Shown: positions 36,351 through 52,105, numbered from the whole stretch's first letter. The stretch is DNA of 62,939 nucleotides, filler included, from 18 parts of 18 records of this genome joined end to end with filler, not necessarily neighbours in it, one strand, 5' to 3'. Numbers and translations: made by a program. Notes: generated by a model from the sequence alone, not told the origin.

Positions 36351-37919
36351 ATGTTAGATATAGTCGAACTGTCGCGCTTACAGTTTGCCTTGACCGCGAT
36401 GTACCACTTCCTTTTTGTGCCACTGACGCTCGGTATGGCGTTCCTGCTGGCCATTATGGAAACGGTCTACGTCCTCTCCGGCAAACAGATTTATAAAGAT
36501 ATGACCAAGTTCTGGGGCAAGTTGTTTGGTATCAACTTCGCTCTGGGTGTGGCTACCGGTCTGACCATGGAGTTCCAGTTCGGGACTAACTGGTCTTACT
36601 ATTCCCACTATGTAGGGGATATCTTCGGTGCGCCGCTGGCAATCGAAGGTCTGATGGCCTTCTTCCTCGAATCCACCTTTGTAGGTCTGTTCTTCTTCGG
36701 TTGGGATCGTCTGGGTAAAGTTCAGCATATGTGTGTCACCTGGCTGGTGGCGCTCGGTTCAAACCTGTCCGCACTGTGGATTCTGGTTGCGAACGGCTGG
36801 ATGCAAAACCCAATCGCGTCCGATTTCAACTTTGAAACTATGCGTATGGAGATGGTGAGCTTCTCCGAGCTGGTGCTTAACCCGGTTGCTCAGGTGAAAT
36901 TCGTTCACACTGTAGCGTCTGGTTATGTGACTGGCGCGATGTTCATCCTCGGTATCAGCGCATGGTATATGCTGAAAGGTCGTGACTTCGCCTTCGCTAA
37001 ACGCTCCTTTGCTATCGCTGCCAGCTTCGGTATGGCTGCTGTTCTGTCTGTTATTGTTCTGGGTGATGAATCCGGCTACGAAATGGGCGACGTGCAGAAA
37101 ACCAAACTGGCTGCTATTGAAGCCGAGTGGGAAACGCAACCTGCGCCTGCTGCCTTTACTCTGTTCGGCATTCCTGATCAGGAAGAGGAGACGAACAAAT
37201 TTGCGATTCAGATCCCTTACGCACTGGGCATCATTGCAACGCGTTCCGTGGATACCCCGGTTATCGGCCTGAAAGAGCTGATGGTGCAGCATGAAGAACG
37301 CATTCGTAACGGGATGAAGGCGTACTCTCTGCTCGAACAACTGCGTTCTGGTTCTACCGACCAGGCGGTTCGTGACCAGTTCAATAGCATGAAGAAAGAC
37401 CTCGGTTACGGTCTGCTGCTGAAACGCTATACGCCAAACGTGGCTGATGCGACTGAAGCGCAGATTCAACAGGCAACCAAAGACTCCATCCCGCGTGTAG
37501 CGCCGCTGTACTTTGCGTTCCGTATCATGGTGGCGTGTGGCTTCCTGCTTCTGGCAATCATCGCGCTCTCTTTCTGGAGTGTCATCCGCAACCGCATTGG
37601 CGAGAAAAAATGGCTTCTGCGCGCCGCGCTGTACGGTATTCCGCTGCCGTGGATTGCTGTAGAAGCGGGCTGGTTCGTGGCTGAATATGGCCGCCAACCG
37701 TGGGCTATCGGTGAAGTGCTGCCGACAGCTGTGGCGAACTCGTCACTGACCGCAGGCGATCTCATCTTCTCAATGGTGCTGATTTGCGGCCTGTATACCC
37801 TGTTCCTGGTGGCAGAATTGTTCTTAATGTTCAAGTTTGCACGCCTCGGCCCAAGCAGCCTGAAAACCGGTCGCTATCACTTTGAGCAGTCTTCCACGAC
37901 TACTCAGCCGGCACGCTAA
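36351..37919 (+). CDS. cydA: Cytochrome bd-I oxidase subunit I
   Basis: [18 protein letters not shown]. Confidence 0.99.
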
Positions 37920-37934
37920 GACAGGAGTCGTCAA

Positions 37935-39074
37935 ATGATCGATTATGAAGTATTGCGTTTTATCTGGTGGCTGCTGGTTGGCGTTCTGCTGATTGGTTTT
38001 GCAGTCACTGACGGTTTCGACATGGGGGTGGGCATGCTCACCCGTTTCCTCGGTCGTAACGACACCGAGCGTCGAATTATGATTAACTCCATTGCACCAC
38101 ACTGGGACGGTAACCAGGTTTGGCTGATCACCGCGGGCGGCGCACTCTTTGCTGCCTGGCCGATGGTCTATGCCGCTGCGTTCTCCGGCTTCTATGTGGC
38201 GATGATCCTCGTGCTGGCGTCTTTGTTCTTCCGTCCGGTCGGTTTTGACTACCGCTCCAAGATTGAAGAAACCCGCTGGCGTAACATGTGGGACTGGGGC
38301 ATCTTCATTGGTAGCTTCGTTCCGCCGCTGGTAATTGGTGTAGCGTTCGGTAACCTGTTGCAGGGCGTACCGTTCAACGTTGATGAATATCTGCGTCTGT
38401 ACTACACCGGTAACTTCTTCCAGTTGCTTAACCCGTTCGGCCTGCTGGCAGGCGTGGTGAGCGTAGGGATGATCATTACTCAGGGCGCAACCTATCTGCA
38501 AATGCGTACCGTGGGCGAACTGCACCTGCGTACCCGTGCAACGGCTCAGGTGGCTGCGCTGGTGACACTGGTCTGTTTCGCACTGGCTGGCGTATGGGTG
38601 ATGTACGGTATCGATGGTTATGTCGTGAAATCGACAATGGACCATTACGCAGCCTCTAACCCACTGAATAAAGAAGTGGTTCGTGAAGCTGGCGCATGGC
38701 TGGTTAACTTCAACAACACGCCAATTCTGTGGGCTATTCCGGCACTGGGTGTGGTTCTGCCGCTGCTGACCATCCTGACTGCACGTATGGATAAAGCCGC
38801 GTGGGCGTTTGTGTTCTCCTCCCTGACGCTGGCCTGCATCATCCTGACAGCCGGTATCGCAATGTTCCCGTTTGTGATGCCGTCCAGCACCATGATGAAC
38901 GCAAGTCTGACAATGTGGGATGCAACTTCCAGCCAGCTGACGCTTAACGTCATGACCTGGGTTGCGGTGGTTCTGGTACCGATCATTCTGCTCTACACCG
39001 CCTGGTGTTACTGGAAAATGTTCGGTCGTATCACCAAAGAAGATATTGAACGTAACACCCACTCTCTGTACTAA
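37935..39074 (+). CDS. cydB: Cytochrome bd-I oxidase subunit II
   Basis: DGFDMGVG; WDGNQVW. Confidence 0.99.
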   Translation: MIDYEVLRFIWWLLVGVLLIGFAVTDGFDMGVGMLTRFLGRNDTERRIMINSIAPHWDGNQVWLITAGGALFAAWPMVYAAAFSGFYVAMILVLASLFFRPVGFDYRSKIEETRWRNMWDWGIFIGSFVPPLVIGVAFGNLLQGVPFNVDEYLRLYYTGNFFQLLNPFGLLAGVVSVGMIITQGATYLQMRTVGELHLRTRATAQVAALVTLVCFALAGVWVMYGIDGYVVKSTMDHYAASNPLNKEVVREAGAWLVNFNNTPILWAIPALGVVLPLLTILTARMDKAAWAFVFSSLTLACIILTAGIAMFPFVMPSSTMMNASLTMWDATSSQLTLNVMTWVAVVLVPIILLYTAWCYWKMFGRITKEDIERNTHSLY

Positions 39075-39088
39075 GTAAGGAGCTAAAA

Positions 39089-39202
39089 ATGTGGTATTTC
39101 GCATGGATTCTGGGAACGCTTCTTGCCTGTTCGTTTGGGGTAATCACCGCGCTGGCGCTTGAACACGTCGAATCAGGCAAAGCCGGTCAAGAAGACATCT
39201 GA
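39089..39202 (+). CDS. cydX: Cytochrome bd-I small subunit (37 aa)
   Basis: RBS AAGGAG, then MWYFAWILGTLLACSFGVITALALEHVESGKAGQEDI*. Confidence 0.95.
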   Translation: MWYFAWILGTLLACSFGVITALALEHVESGKAGQEDI

Positions 39203-39495
39203 TGAGTAAGATTATCGCGACTTTGTATGCGGTAATGGACAAGCGCCCCCTGCGGGCGCTTTCCTTCGTGATGGCGCTTCTGTTAGCAGGATGTATGTTT
39301 TGGGACCCATCTCGTTTTGCCGCGAAGACCAGTGAACTGGAAATCTGGCATGGTTTATTGCTGATGTGGGCCGTCTGTGCTGGTGTGATTCACGGCGTGG
39401 GCTTTCGTCCGCAGAAGGTTCTTTGGCAAGGGATTTTTTGCCCATTGCTTGCCGATATTGTTCTCATTGTCGGGCTGATTTTCTTCTTCTTTTAA
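39202..39495 (+). CDS. ybgE: Cyd operon membrane protein YbgE
   Basis: 97 aa; HGVGFRP; synteny. Confidence 0.95.
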   Translation: MSKIIATLYAVMDKRPLRALSFVMALLLAGCMFWDPSRFAAKTSELEIWHGLLLMWAVCAGVIHGVGFRPQKVLWQGIFCPLLADIVLIVGLIFFFF

Positions 39496-39510
39496 ATCAG
39501 AATTCTCTTT

Positions 39511-39547
39511 AAAAAATTATGGGCCGCTCCAGGCCCATAAATTTTTA
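39511..39547 (+). terminator. cyd operon terminator
   Basis: TTATGGGCC-GCTCCA-GGCCCATAA followed by a T-run. Confidence 0.75.
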
Positions 39548-39644
39548 CGCTCCCTTAACTTGCCCTCATTCCCAAACCTCAATCGCGCGCGTATAGTAGC
39601 AGCGTTTAAAAGCTCTAACTTTTGTTGCATTACCGGGATGTAAA

Positions 39645-40546
<902 letters not shown>

Positions 40547-40646
40547 NNNNNNNNNNNNNNNNNNNNNNNNNNNNNNNNNNNNNNNNNNNNTTAATTAATT
40601 AANNNNNNNNNNNNNNNNNNNNNNNNNNNNNNNNNNNNNNNNNNNN

Positions 40647-41072
40647 CCCATCGTGCGCAAAAACGGCGACAAATGGGAGATGGTCTCCGTCGGCCCGACA
40701 ACCAGTATGCGTATGGAAAGTTTTGAACGTGAATTTATTGAGCAGACCGGCGTGAAACTGGTGGTTGGCAAAGGTGGTATGGGGCCGCTGACCGAAGAAG
40801 GCTGCCAGAAATTCAAGGCGCTACATGTGATTTTCCCGGCAGGCTGCGCGGTGCTGGCGGCAACCCAGGTGGAAGAGATTGAAGAAGTGCACTGGACAGA
40901 GCTCGGAATGCCGGAGTCACTGTGGGTCTGCCGGGTCAAAGAGTTCGGCCCGCTGATTGTCTCTATTGATACCCACGGCAACAACCTGATAGCCGAAAAC
41001 AAAAAGCTGTTCGCCGAACGCCGCGATCCCATCGTGGAAGAGATCTGCGAGCACGTCCATTACATCAAATAA
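40647..41072 (+). CDS. ttdB: L-tartrate dehydratase beta subunit (5' truncated)
   Basis: [12 protein letters not shown]; upstream of ttdT. Confidence 0.95.
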
Positions 41073-41119
41073 CCCTCCCGGAGAGGCTCACCCCTCTCCT
41101 TTTTCGCAGGCATAACACG

Positions 41120-42583
41120 ATGAAACCTTCCACTGAATGGTGGCGATATCTTGCGCCGCTGGCGGTCATCGCCATTATTGCTCTACTTCCGGTTCCCGCA
41201 GGGCTGGAGAACCATACCTGGCTCTACTTTGCCGTTTTTACTGGCGTGATCGTTGGACTGATCCTCGAACCCGTGCCGGGTGCCGTGGTGGCGATGGTGG
41301 GTATATCCATCATCGCCATACTCTCTCCCTGGCTGCTGTTCAGCCCGGAGCAGCTCGCTCAGCCAGGCTTTAAATTCACTGCAAAATCCCTCTCGTGGGC
41401 CGTTTCCGGTTTTTCTAATTCGGTTATCTGGCTGATTTTCGCCGCCTTTATGTTTGGCACAGGCTATGAAAAAACCGGGCTTGGACGCCGCATTGCGCTG
41501 ATTCTGGTGAAAAAGATGGGACATCGCACGCTGTTTCTCGGCTATGCGGTGATGTTCTCCGAGCTGATCCTCGCACCTGTAACACCGTCCAACTCGGCGC
41601 GTGGTGCGGGGATTATCTATCCCATCATCCGTAACCTGCCACCGCTCTATCAATCACAACCAAACGACAGCAGTTCGCGCAGCATTGGCTCGTACATCAT
41701 GTGGATGGGGATTGTTGCCGACTGCGTGACCAGCGCCATTTTCTTGACGGCGATGGCACCAAACTTGCTGTTAATTGGACTGATGAAAAGCGCATCTCAC
41801 GCCACGCTGAGTTGGGGCGACTGGTTCCTCGGGATGTTGCCGCTCAGCATTTTACTGGTTCTGCTGGTTCCCTGGCTGGCTTACGTGCTGTACCCGCCGG
41901 TACTGAAGTCTGGCGATCAGGTGCCGCGCTGGGCAGAGACGGAACTGCAGGCAATGGGCCCGCTCTGTTCGCGTGAAAAACGGATGCTGGGGCTGATGGT
42001 AGGCGCGCTGGTGCTGTGGATTTTCGGCGGTGATTATATCGATGCCGCGATGGTCGGTTACAGCGTGGTGGCACTGATGCTGCTTCTGCGCATTATCAGT
42101 TGGGACGACATTGTCAGTAATAAAGCGGCGTGGAACGTTTTCTTCTGGCTGGCCTCGCTTATCACCCTCGCCACCGGACTCAACAACACCGGTTTTATTA
42201 GCTGGTTTGGCAAACTGTTAGCAGGCAGCTTAAGCGGTTATTCGCCAACGATGGTGATGGTGGCGTTGATTGTGGTGTTTTATCTACTGCGCTACTTTTT
42301 CGCCAGCGCCACGGCGTATACCTCCGCTCTCGCACCGATGATGATTGCTGCTGCGCTGGCGATGCCGGAAATCCCGCTGCCGGTGTTCTGCCTGATGGTT
42401 GGTGCGGCAATTGGTCTGGGGAGCATTCTTACACCATACGCCACCGGCCCCAGTCCGATTTACTACGGCAGTGGTTATCTGCCAACGGCGGATTACTGGC
42501 GACTGGGGGCGATTTTTGGGCTGATATTCCTCGTATTGCTGGTGATTACCGGCTTACTGTGGATGCCCGTGGTGTTGCTTTAA
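41120..42583 (+). CDS. ttdT: Tartrate:succinate antiporter (DASS family)
   Basis: 487 aa; PSNSARG; synteny. Confidence 0.96.
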   Translation: MKPSTEWWRYLAPLAVIAIIALLPVPAGLENHTWLYFAVFTGVIVGLILEPVPGAVVAMVGISIIAILSPWLLFSPEQLAQPGFKFTAKSLSWAVSGFSNSVIWLIFAAFMFGTGYEKTGLGRRIALILVKKMGHRTLFLGYAVMFSELILAPVTPSNSARGAGIIYPIIRNLPPLYQSQPNDSSSRSIGSYIMWMGIVADCVTSAIFLTAMAPNLLLIGLMKSASHATLSWGDWFLGMLPLSILLVLLVPWLAYVLYPPVLKSGDQVPRWAETELQAMGPLCSREKRMLGLMVGALVLWIFGGDYIDAAMVGYSVVALMLLLRIISWDDIVSNKAAWNVFFWLASLITLATGLNNTGFISWFGKLLAGSLSGYSPTMVMVALIVVFYLLRYFFASATAYTSALAPMMIAAALAMPEIPLPVFCLMVGAAIGLGSILTPYATGPSPIYYGSGYLPTADYWRLGAIFGLIFLVLLVITGLLWMPVVLL

Positions 42584-42625
42584 GTGAGGACGGTGCCGGA
42601 AATTGCTCTCCGGCACCCAATAGTT

Positions 42626-43639
42626 TTACGCAGCCGGTAACTCCGCCAGCGGCCAGCGCGGACGCACGCTAACGCCGAGATCCGCCGTCGCGCCTGCTTT
42701 AAACCGCACCATTCCGGCATAGGCGATCATCGCGCCGTTATCAGTACAAAATTCCGGACGCGCGTAGAACACTTCGCCGCGGCGTTTTTTCATCATTTCA
42801 GCCAGCTTCGCCCGTAACGTACGGTTAGCACTCACGCCGCCCGCCATGACCAGTCGCTTAAAGCCCGTCTGATCCAGCGCCCGCTTGCACTTAATCATCA
42901 GCGTATCGACCACCGCATCTTCAAAGGCGCGGGCGATATCAGCACGCGTCTGGTCGTCGGTGCCGTTGTCACGAATGGTATTTGCCGCGAAGGTTTTCAG
43001 GCCGGAGAAGCTGAAATCCAGCCCCGGACGGTCGGTCATCGGACGCGGGAAGACAAAGCGCCCGGCAGTACCCTGAGCCGCCATTTTCGACAGTAACGGC
43101 CCGCCAGGATAATCCAGCCCCAGCAGCTTCGCGGTTTTATCAAACGCTTCCCCGGCGGCATCATCGATAGACTCGCCGAGCAGCTCGTACTGACCAATGC
43201 CAGTCACGCTGATTAACTGCGTATGACCGCCGGAAACAAGCAGCGCAACAAACGGAAATTCCGGCGGGTTATCTTCCAGCATCGGCGCTAACAGATGCCC
43301 TTCCATATGGTGTACAGGGATCGCCGGAACGTCCCAGGCAAACGCCAGAGAACGCCCCACGGTCGCGCCAACCAGTAGCGCGCCGACTAATCCAGGGCCT
43401 GCGGTATAGGCCACAGCATCAATGTCTTTTGCCGTTAAACCAGACTCCTTTAGCGCCGCCTGGATCAACGGTACGGTTTTACGCACATGATCGCGGGAGG
43501 CCAGTTCAGGCACGACGCCGCCGTAGTCAGCGTGCAATTTCACCTGACTATACAATTGGTTGGCTAACAAACCTTTTTCATCGTCGTAAATGGCGATGCC
43601 GGTTTCATCGCAGGAAGTTTCAATACCCAGTACACGCAT
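42626..43639 (-). CDS. tsaD: tRNA t6A threonylcarbamoyltransferase
   Basis: [24 protein letters not shown]. Confidence 0.99.
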
Positions 43640-43827
43640 GACTTGTTTTACCTCGCTTTATTACCGCGCAGTGTAGGACCAATGCGGGTTGATGTAAAAC
43701 TTTGTTCGCCCCTGGAGAAAGCCTCGTGTATACTCCTCACCCTTATAAAAGTCCCTTTCAAAAAAGGCCGCGGTGCTTTACAAAGCAGCAGCAATTGCAG
43801 TAAAATTCCGCACCATTTTGAAATAAG

Positions 43828-44092
<265 letters not shown>

Positions 44093-44202
44093 TTCCCCGA
44101 GAGCGTTGCTCTCCGATCAGACCGAGTTGTAGTTGTAAGGCCGTGCTTCCGAAAGGAATGCGCGGCTTATTTTCGTTTATGAATTGCTAAAAATCGGGGC
44201 CT

Positions 44203-45947
44203 ATGGCTGGACGAATCCCACGCGTATTCATTAATGATCTGCTGGCACGCACTGACATCGTCGATCTGATCGATGCCCGTGTGAAGCTGAAAAAGCAGGG
44301 CAAGAATTTCCACGCGTGTTGTCCATTCCACAACGAGAAAACCCCGTCCTTCACCGTTAACGGTGAGAAACAGTTTTACCACTGCTTTGGATGTGGCGCG
44401 CACGGCAACGCGATCGACTTCCTGATGAACTACGACAAGCTCGAGTTCGTCGAAACGGTCGAAGAGCTGGCAGCAATGCACAATCTTGAAGTGCCATTTG
44501 AAGCAGGCAGCGGCCCCAGCCAGATCGAGCGCCATCAGAGGCAAACGCTTTATCAGTTGATGGACGGTCTGAATACGTTTTACCAACAATCTTTACAACA
44601 ACCTGTTGCCACGTCTGCGCGCCAGTATCTGGAAAAACGCGGATTAAGCCACGAGGTTATCGCTCGCTTTGCGATTGGTTTTGCGCCCCCGGCTGGGACA
44701 ACGTCCTGAAGCGGTTTGGCGGCAATCCAGAAAATCGCCAGTCATTGATTGATGCGGGGATGTTGGTCACTAACGATCAGGGACGCAGTTACGATCGTTT
44801 CCGCGAGCGGGTGATGTTCCCCATTCGCGATAAACGCGGTCGGGTGATTGGTTTTGGCGGGCGCGTGCTGGGCAACGATACCCCCAAATACCTGAACTCG
44901 CCGGAAACAGACATTTTCCATAAAGGCCGCCAGCTTTACGGTCTTTATGAAGCGCAGCAGGATAACGCTGAACCCAATCGTCTGCTTGTGGTCGAAGGCT
45001 ATATGGACGTGGTGGCGCTGGCGCAATACGGCATTAATTACGCCGTTGCGTCGTTAGGTACGTCAACCACCGCCGATCACATACAACTGTTGTTCCGCGC
45101 GACCAACAATGTCATTTGCTGTTATGACGGCGACCGTGCAGGCCGCGATGCCGCCTGGCGAGCGCTGGAAACGGCGCTGCCTTACATGACAGACGGCCGT
45201 CAGCTACGCTTTATGTTTTTGCCTGATGGCGAAGACCCTGACACGCTAGTACGAAAAGAAGGTAAAGAAGCGTTTGAAGCGCGGATGGAGCAGGCGATGC
45301 CACTCTCCGCATTTCTGTTTAACAGTCTGATGCCGCAAGTTGATCTGAGTACCCCTGACGGGCGCGCACGTTTGAGTACGCTGGCACTACCATTGATATC
45401 GCAAGTGCCGGGCGAAACGCTGCGAATATATCTTCGTCAGGAATTAGGCAACAAATTAGGCATACTTGATGACAGCCAGCTTGAACGATTAATGCCAAAA
45501 GCGGCAGAGAGCGGCGTTTCTCGCCCTGTTCCGCAGCTAAAACGCACGACCATGCGTATACTTATAGGGTTGCTGGTGCAAAATCCAGAATTAGCGACGT
45601 TGGTCCCGCCGCTTGAGAATCTGGATGAAAATAAGCTCCCTGGACTTGGCTTATTCAGAGAACTGGTCAACACTTGTCTCTCCCAGCCAGGTCTGACCAC
45701 CGGGCAACTTTTAGAGCACTATCGTGGTACAAATAATGCTGCCACCCTTGAAAAACTGTCGATGTGGGACGATATAGCAGATAAGAATATTGCTGAGCAA
45801 ACCTTCACCGACTCACTCAACCATATGTTTGATTCGCTGCTTGAACTGCGCCAGGAAGAGTTAATCGCTCGTGAGCGCACGCATGGTTTAAGCAACGAAG
45901 AACGCCTGGAGCTCTGGACATTAAACCAGGAGCTGGCGAAAAAGTGA
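44203..45947 (+). CDS. dnaG: DNA primase; split by a probable homopolymer error
   Basis: CHC2 zinc finger, KYLNSPET, TOPRIM (VEGYMDV, YDGD); frames rejoin if C5 at 44686-44690 is C6. Confidence 0.97.
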
Positions 45948-46141
45948 TTTAACGGCTTAAGTGCCGAAGAGCGATCGGGAAGCCCCCGACAGCCGCACTG
46001 AGAGGCAGCGGCAAATATATAAGTACGCCCTCGTAATTATCGTTGGCGGTAAACAACCGTTGGATTTCAGCGTTAACGGCTGAAGGACATCGGGTCAATC
46101 GCCCAACACCAACCTCATGAAATAAGTGTGGATACCGTCTT

Positions 46142-47983
<1,842 letters not shown>

Positions 47984-47986
47984 TCG

Positions 47987-48020
47987 GTAGGCCGGATCAG
48001 GCGTTACGCCGCACCCGGCA
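47987..48020. repeat. REP element
   Basis: GTAGGCCGGATCAGGCGTTACGCCGCACCCGGCA. Confidence 0.8.
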
Positions 48021-48035
48021 CTAGGCCCTCTGCAC

Positions 48036-48063
48036 AAACGCCACCTTTTCGGTGGCGTTTTTT
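48036..48063. terminator. rpoD/mug terminator
   Basis: AAACGCCACC-TTTTC-GGTGGCGTTTTT. Confidence 0.85.
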
Positions 48064-48568
48064 ATCGCCCACGCACTACCAGCGCCTGGTCCAGCTCGCG
48101 ATACGCTTCAACCAGTTTCTCCAGTGAAACGCGACTTAAACCGCTGGGATTTGGCAGCACCCAAATCTGCGTCGAACCAATGGTGAGCGTTTGTTTCCCC
48201 CACTGTGCACCGCGCTGGCTGAATCCCTGTTCATATGCTTGTTTGCCCAGAATCGCCAACGCCTGCGGCTGATAATCTTCAATTTTTTCAATCAGCTTAC
48301 GCCCGCCTGCGTGTAGCTCCTGCTTTGAAACTTCATTGGCTTGCACCGTTGGACGGTCTACCAGTTTGGTGACGCCACAACGATAATCCAGCAGATGCTG
48401 TGCCTCCTGCGGCTTCAACTGACGGTCGGTAAACCCGGCCTGATATATCACCTTCCAGAAGCGATTTGCCGGATGAGCAAAGGGAAAACCAGTCCCGGCG
48501 GATGAAAGCCCAGGGTTGATACCGCAAAACACGACCCGTAACCCTGGAGCCAAAATATCCTCAACCAT
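48062..48568 (-). CDS. mug: G/U mismatch-specific DNA glycosylase
   Basis: GINPG and NPSGLSR motifs. Confidence 0.98.
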
Positions 48569-48692
48569 ATTTACTCCTTTCTAACATCACCAGGAAAAGT
48601 ATAACGGATTGAAAATACATTGTTTATAAAAACAGCAGGCGCGCGGTAATGGCTGGATTGCGACACGGAGTTACTTTATAATCCGCTACCAT

Positions 48693-48768
48693 GGCCCCTT
48701 AGCTCAGTGGTTAGAGCAGGCGACTCATAATCGCTTGGTCGCTGGTTCAAGTCCAGCAGGGGCCACCA
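48693..48768 (+). tRNA. ileX: tRNA-Ile2 (CAT anticodon, lysidine-modified)
   Basis: 76-nt cloverleaf GGCCCCT...GGGGCCACCA, anticodon CAT at 48726-48728, next to mug. Confidence 0.93.
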
Positions 48769-48779
48769 GATATAGCAAA

Positions 48780-48806
48780 GGCTGACGAGAAATCGTCAGC
48801 CTTTTT
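48780..48806 (+). terminator. tRNA terminator
   Basis: GGCTGACGA-GAAA-TCGTCAGCC-TTTTT. Confidence 0.85.
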
Positions 48807-48971
48807 CTTTTTATATATCAGTTACTTTGCGTGCCAGTAAGCCGCTGCACGTACCCGCTGTGGGTCATACTNNNNNNNNNNNNNNNNNNNNNNNNNNNNN
48901 NNNNNNNNNNNNNNNTTAATTAATTAANNNNNNNNNNNNNNNNNNNNNNNNNNNNNNNNNNNNNNNNNNNN

Positions 48972-50949
48972 GCACCATTTTGGTTACAGCCTGCTGGCGC
49001 TCTTACTGGCGCTGGGTTCGGTGGACGCCAGCCCGGCATTTCGTCAGATAACGGAACTGGTGAAATCCCAGTCACGCGACGGCGACCCGGACTTTGCGGC
49101 TTATTATAAAGAGCCGTCGAAAACTATCCCTGACCCGAAACTCAACCTGGTTTATATCTACGGCGAAAGTCTCGAGCGGACCTATTTTGATAACGAGGCT
49201 TTCCCGGATCTCACGCCTGAACTGGGCGCGTTGAAAAATGAAGGCCTGGATTTCAGCCACACGCAGCAGCTGCCGGGAACAGATTACACGATTGCGGGCA
49301 TGGTGGCTTCTCAGTGCGGCATACCGCTGTTTGCCCCCTTTGAAGGCAACGCCTCCGCCTCTGTCTCCAGCTTCTTCCCGCAGAACATCTGTCTGGGAGA
49401 TATCCTGAAAAACTCGGGTTATCAGAACTATTTCGTGCAGGGCGCGAATCTGCGTTTTGCCGGTAAAGATGTGTTCCTGAAGTCGCATGGCTTCGACCAC
49501 TTATACGGCTCAGAAGAGCTGAAAAGCGTGGTAGCCGACCCGCACTATCGCAACGACTGGGGATTCTACGACGATACCGTTCTCGATGAAGCGTGGAAAA
49601 AGTTTGAAGAGCTTTCCCGCTCAGGTCAGCGATTCTCACTGTTTACCCTGACAGTCGATACCCATCACCCGGATGGTTTTATCTCTCGTACCTGTAACCG
49701 CAAAAAATATGATTTTGACGGTAAACCGAATCAGTCATTCAGCGCGGTAAGTTGCAGCCAGGAGAACATCGCGACGTTTATCAACAAAATCAAAGCGTCA
49801 CCGTGGTTTAAAGATACCGTCATCGTCGTCTCTTCTGACCATTTAGCGATGAACAACACGGCGTGGAAATACCTCAATAAGCAGGATCGCAATAACCTGT
49901 TTTTTGTCATTCGTGGCGACAAGCCGCAGCAAGAGACGCTGGCAGTGAAGCGTAACACGATGGATAACGGCGCGACGGTGCTGGACATTCTCGGTGGCGA
50001 TAACTATCTCGGACTTGGTCGTAGCAGTTTATCCGGGCAGTCGATGTCGGAAATCTTCCTCAATATCAAAGAGAAAACATTGGCGTGGAAGCCAGATATC
50101 ATCCGCCTGTGGAAATTCCCTAAAGAGATGAAAGAGTTCACCATCGACCAGCAGAAAAACATGATTGCCTTCTCGGGTAGCCATTTCCGTTTGCCGCTGC
50201 TGTTGCGGGTTTCAGACAAACGCGTGGAACCGCTGCCGGAAAGCGAATACTCAGCACCGCTGCGTTTCCAGCTGGCCGATTTCGCTCCACGCGACAATTT
50301 CGTCTGGGTTGACCGTTGCTACAAGATGGCACAACTCTGGGCTCCGGAACTGGCACTTTCCACCGACTGGTGTGTCTCGCAAGGGCAGCTTGGCGGTCAG
50401 CAAATTGTTCAGCATGTTGACAAAACAACATGGCAGGGCAAAACGGCATTTAAAGATACGGTCATCGACATGGCGCGTTACAAAGGCAATGTCGATACGC
50501 TGAAGATTGTTGATAACGATATTCGCTACAAAGCCGACAGTTTCATCTTTAACGTCGCCGGTGCGCCAGAAGAGGTGAAACAGTTTAGCGGGATTTCCCG
50601 TCCGGAGTCGTGGGGCCGCTGGTCCAACGCGCAGCTGGGCGATGAAGTAAAAATCGAGTACAAGCATCCGCTGCCGAAGAAATTTGACCTGGTGATTACC
50701 GCCAAAGCATACGGCAATAACGCCAGCCGTCCTATTCCGGTACGCGTAGGCAATGAAGAACAAACTCTTGTGCTGGGCAATGAAGTGACCACCACCACAC
50801 TGCATTTCGATAACCCAACCGATGCCGACACACTGGTAATTGTGCCGCCGGAACCTGTCTCAACCAACGAAGGGAATATCCTCGGACACTCGCCGCGTAA
50901 GCTCGGGATCGGCATGGTGGAAATTAAAGTGGTAGAACGTGAAGGGTAA
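48972..50949 (+). CDS. opgB: Phosphoglycerol transferase I (MdoB), 5' truncated
   Basis: LTA synthase/sulfatase fold (YGESLE, TVDTHHP, SDH). Confidence 0.95.
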
Positions 50950-51086
50950 TTCCTGACTGATGTGTAGGTCGCATAGGGTGCGACCTACACGCCTTCTACG
51001 GCTTACAACACATTATTAAGAAACAAAAAAAACAGCGCCCAACACTTCCCCGGACGCTGCATGGCAACTTTAATAATCTCGCCTTA

Positions 51087-51404
51087 TCAGAAAGTAATTA
51101 CGCCTTTAATTAACTCACGATTGTTAATCACATCGCGCTCGTAGGTTTCTGCCAGCGTGGCGAACGGATAGCGATGGGTTAACATCATGTCAGCAGTGAT
51201 TTTTCCTTCCGCCATCAGTCGACCGACTTTAGCAAAATCTTCCGGCGTGGCGTTGCGGCTGCCCATCATCGTCGTTTCTTTTTATGGAATTCCGGATCGG
51301 AGAACTGCAACTCACCTTTAAACAGGCCGACAAATACCACCGTGCCGCCGTGACGAATCAAATTCACGGTGTTATTCATCGCATGTTGATTACCTGTCGC
51401 GTCG
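51087..51404 (-). CDS. lgoD: L-galactonate oxidoreductase (YjjN), C-terminal fragment
   Basis: Zn-dependent dehydrogenase C-terminus (DATG...GSRNAT...LIKGVITF), convergent with opgB. Confidence 0.85.
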
Positions 51405-51520
51405 NNNNNNNNNNNNNNNNNNNNNNNNNNNNNNNNNNNNNNNNNNNNTTAATTAATTAANNNNNNNNNNNNNNNNNNNNNNNNNNNNNNNNNNNNNNNN
51501 NNNNACTCAGGACAAAAAAC

Positions 51521-52105
51521 GTGACGATTAAATTGATTGTCGGCCTGGCGAACCCCGGTGCTGAATACGCCGCAACGCGACATAATGCTGGTGCCTGGTT
51601 CGTTGACTTACTGGCAGAGCGTTTGCGCGCTCCGCTGCGCGAAGAGGCTAAATTCTTTGGTTATACTTCGCGAGTCACTCTTGGAGGCGAAGATGTCCGC
51701 CTGTTAGTCCCGACTACATTTATGAATCTCAGCGGCAAAGCCGTTGCGGCGATGGCCAGTTTTTTCCGCATTAATCCGGACGAAATTCTGGTGGCCCACG
51801 ACGAACTGGATCTGCCTCCTGGCGTCGCCAAATTTAAATTGGGCGGTGGCCATGGTGGTCACAATGGACTGAAAGACATCATCAGTAAATTGGGTAATAA
51901 CCCTAACTTTCACCGTTTACGCATCGGAATCGGTCATCCGGGCGATAAAAATAAAGTTGTCGGTTTTGTGTTAGGCAAACCGCCTGTTAGTGAACAGAAG
52001 TTAATTGATGAAGCCATTGACGAAGCGGCGCGTTGTACTGAAATGTGGTTTACAGATGGCTTGACCAAAGCAACGAACCGATTGCACGCCTTTAAAGCGC
52101 AATAA
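51521..52105 (+). CDS. pth: Peptidyl-tRNA hydrolase
   Basis: TRHNAG, FMNLSG, GGHNG. Confidence 0.99.

Noticed and set aside
37824-39104. Long antisense ORFs (426 aa opposite cydB; others opposite cydA, rpoD, thiI, eutH)
   Set aside because: Shadow frames of genes with biased codon usage; no motifs or ribosome-binding support.
44203-45947. dnaG pseudogene or programmed frameshift
   Set aside because: Essential gene; the break sits in a homopolymer with the same error pattern as four other E. coli genes here.
48693-48768. tRNA-Met call from the CAT anticodon
   Set aside because: Sequence and position beside mug match ileX, whose C34 is modified to lysidine and reads AUA.
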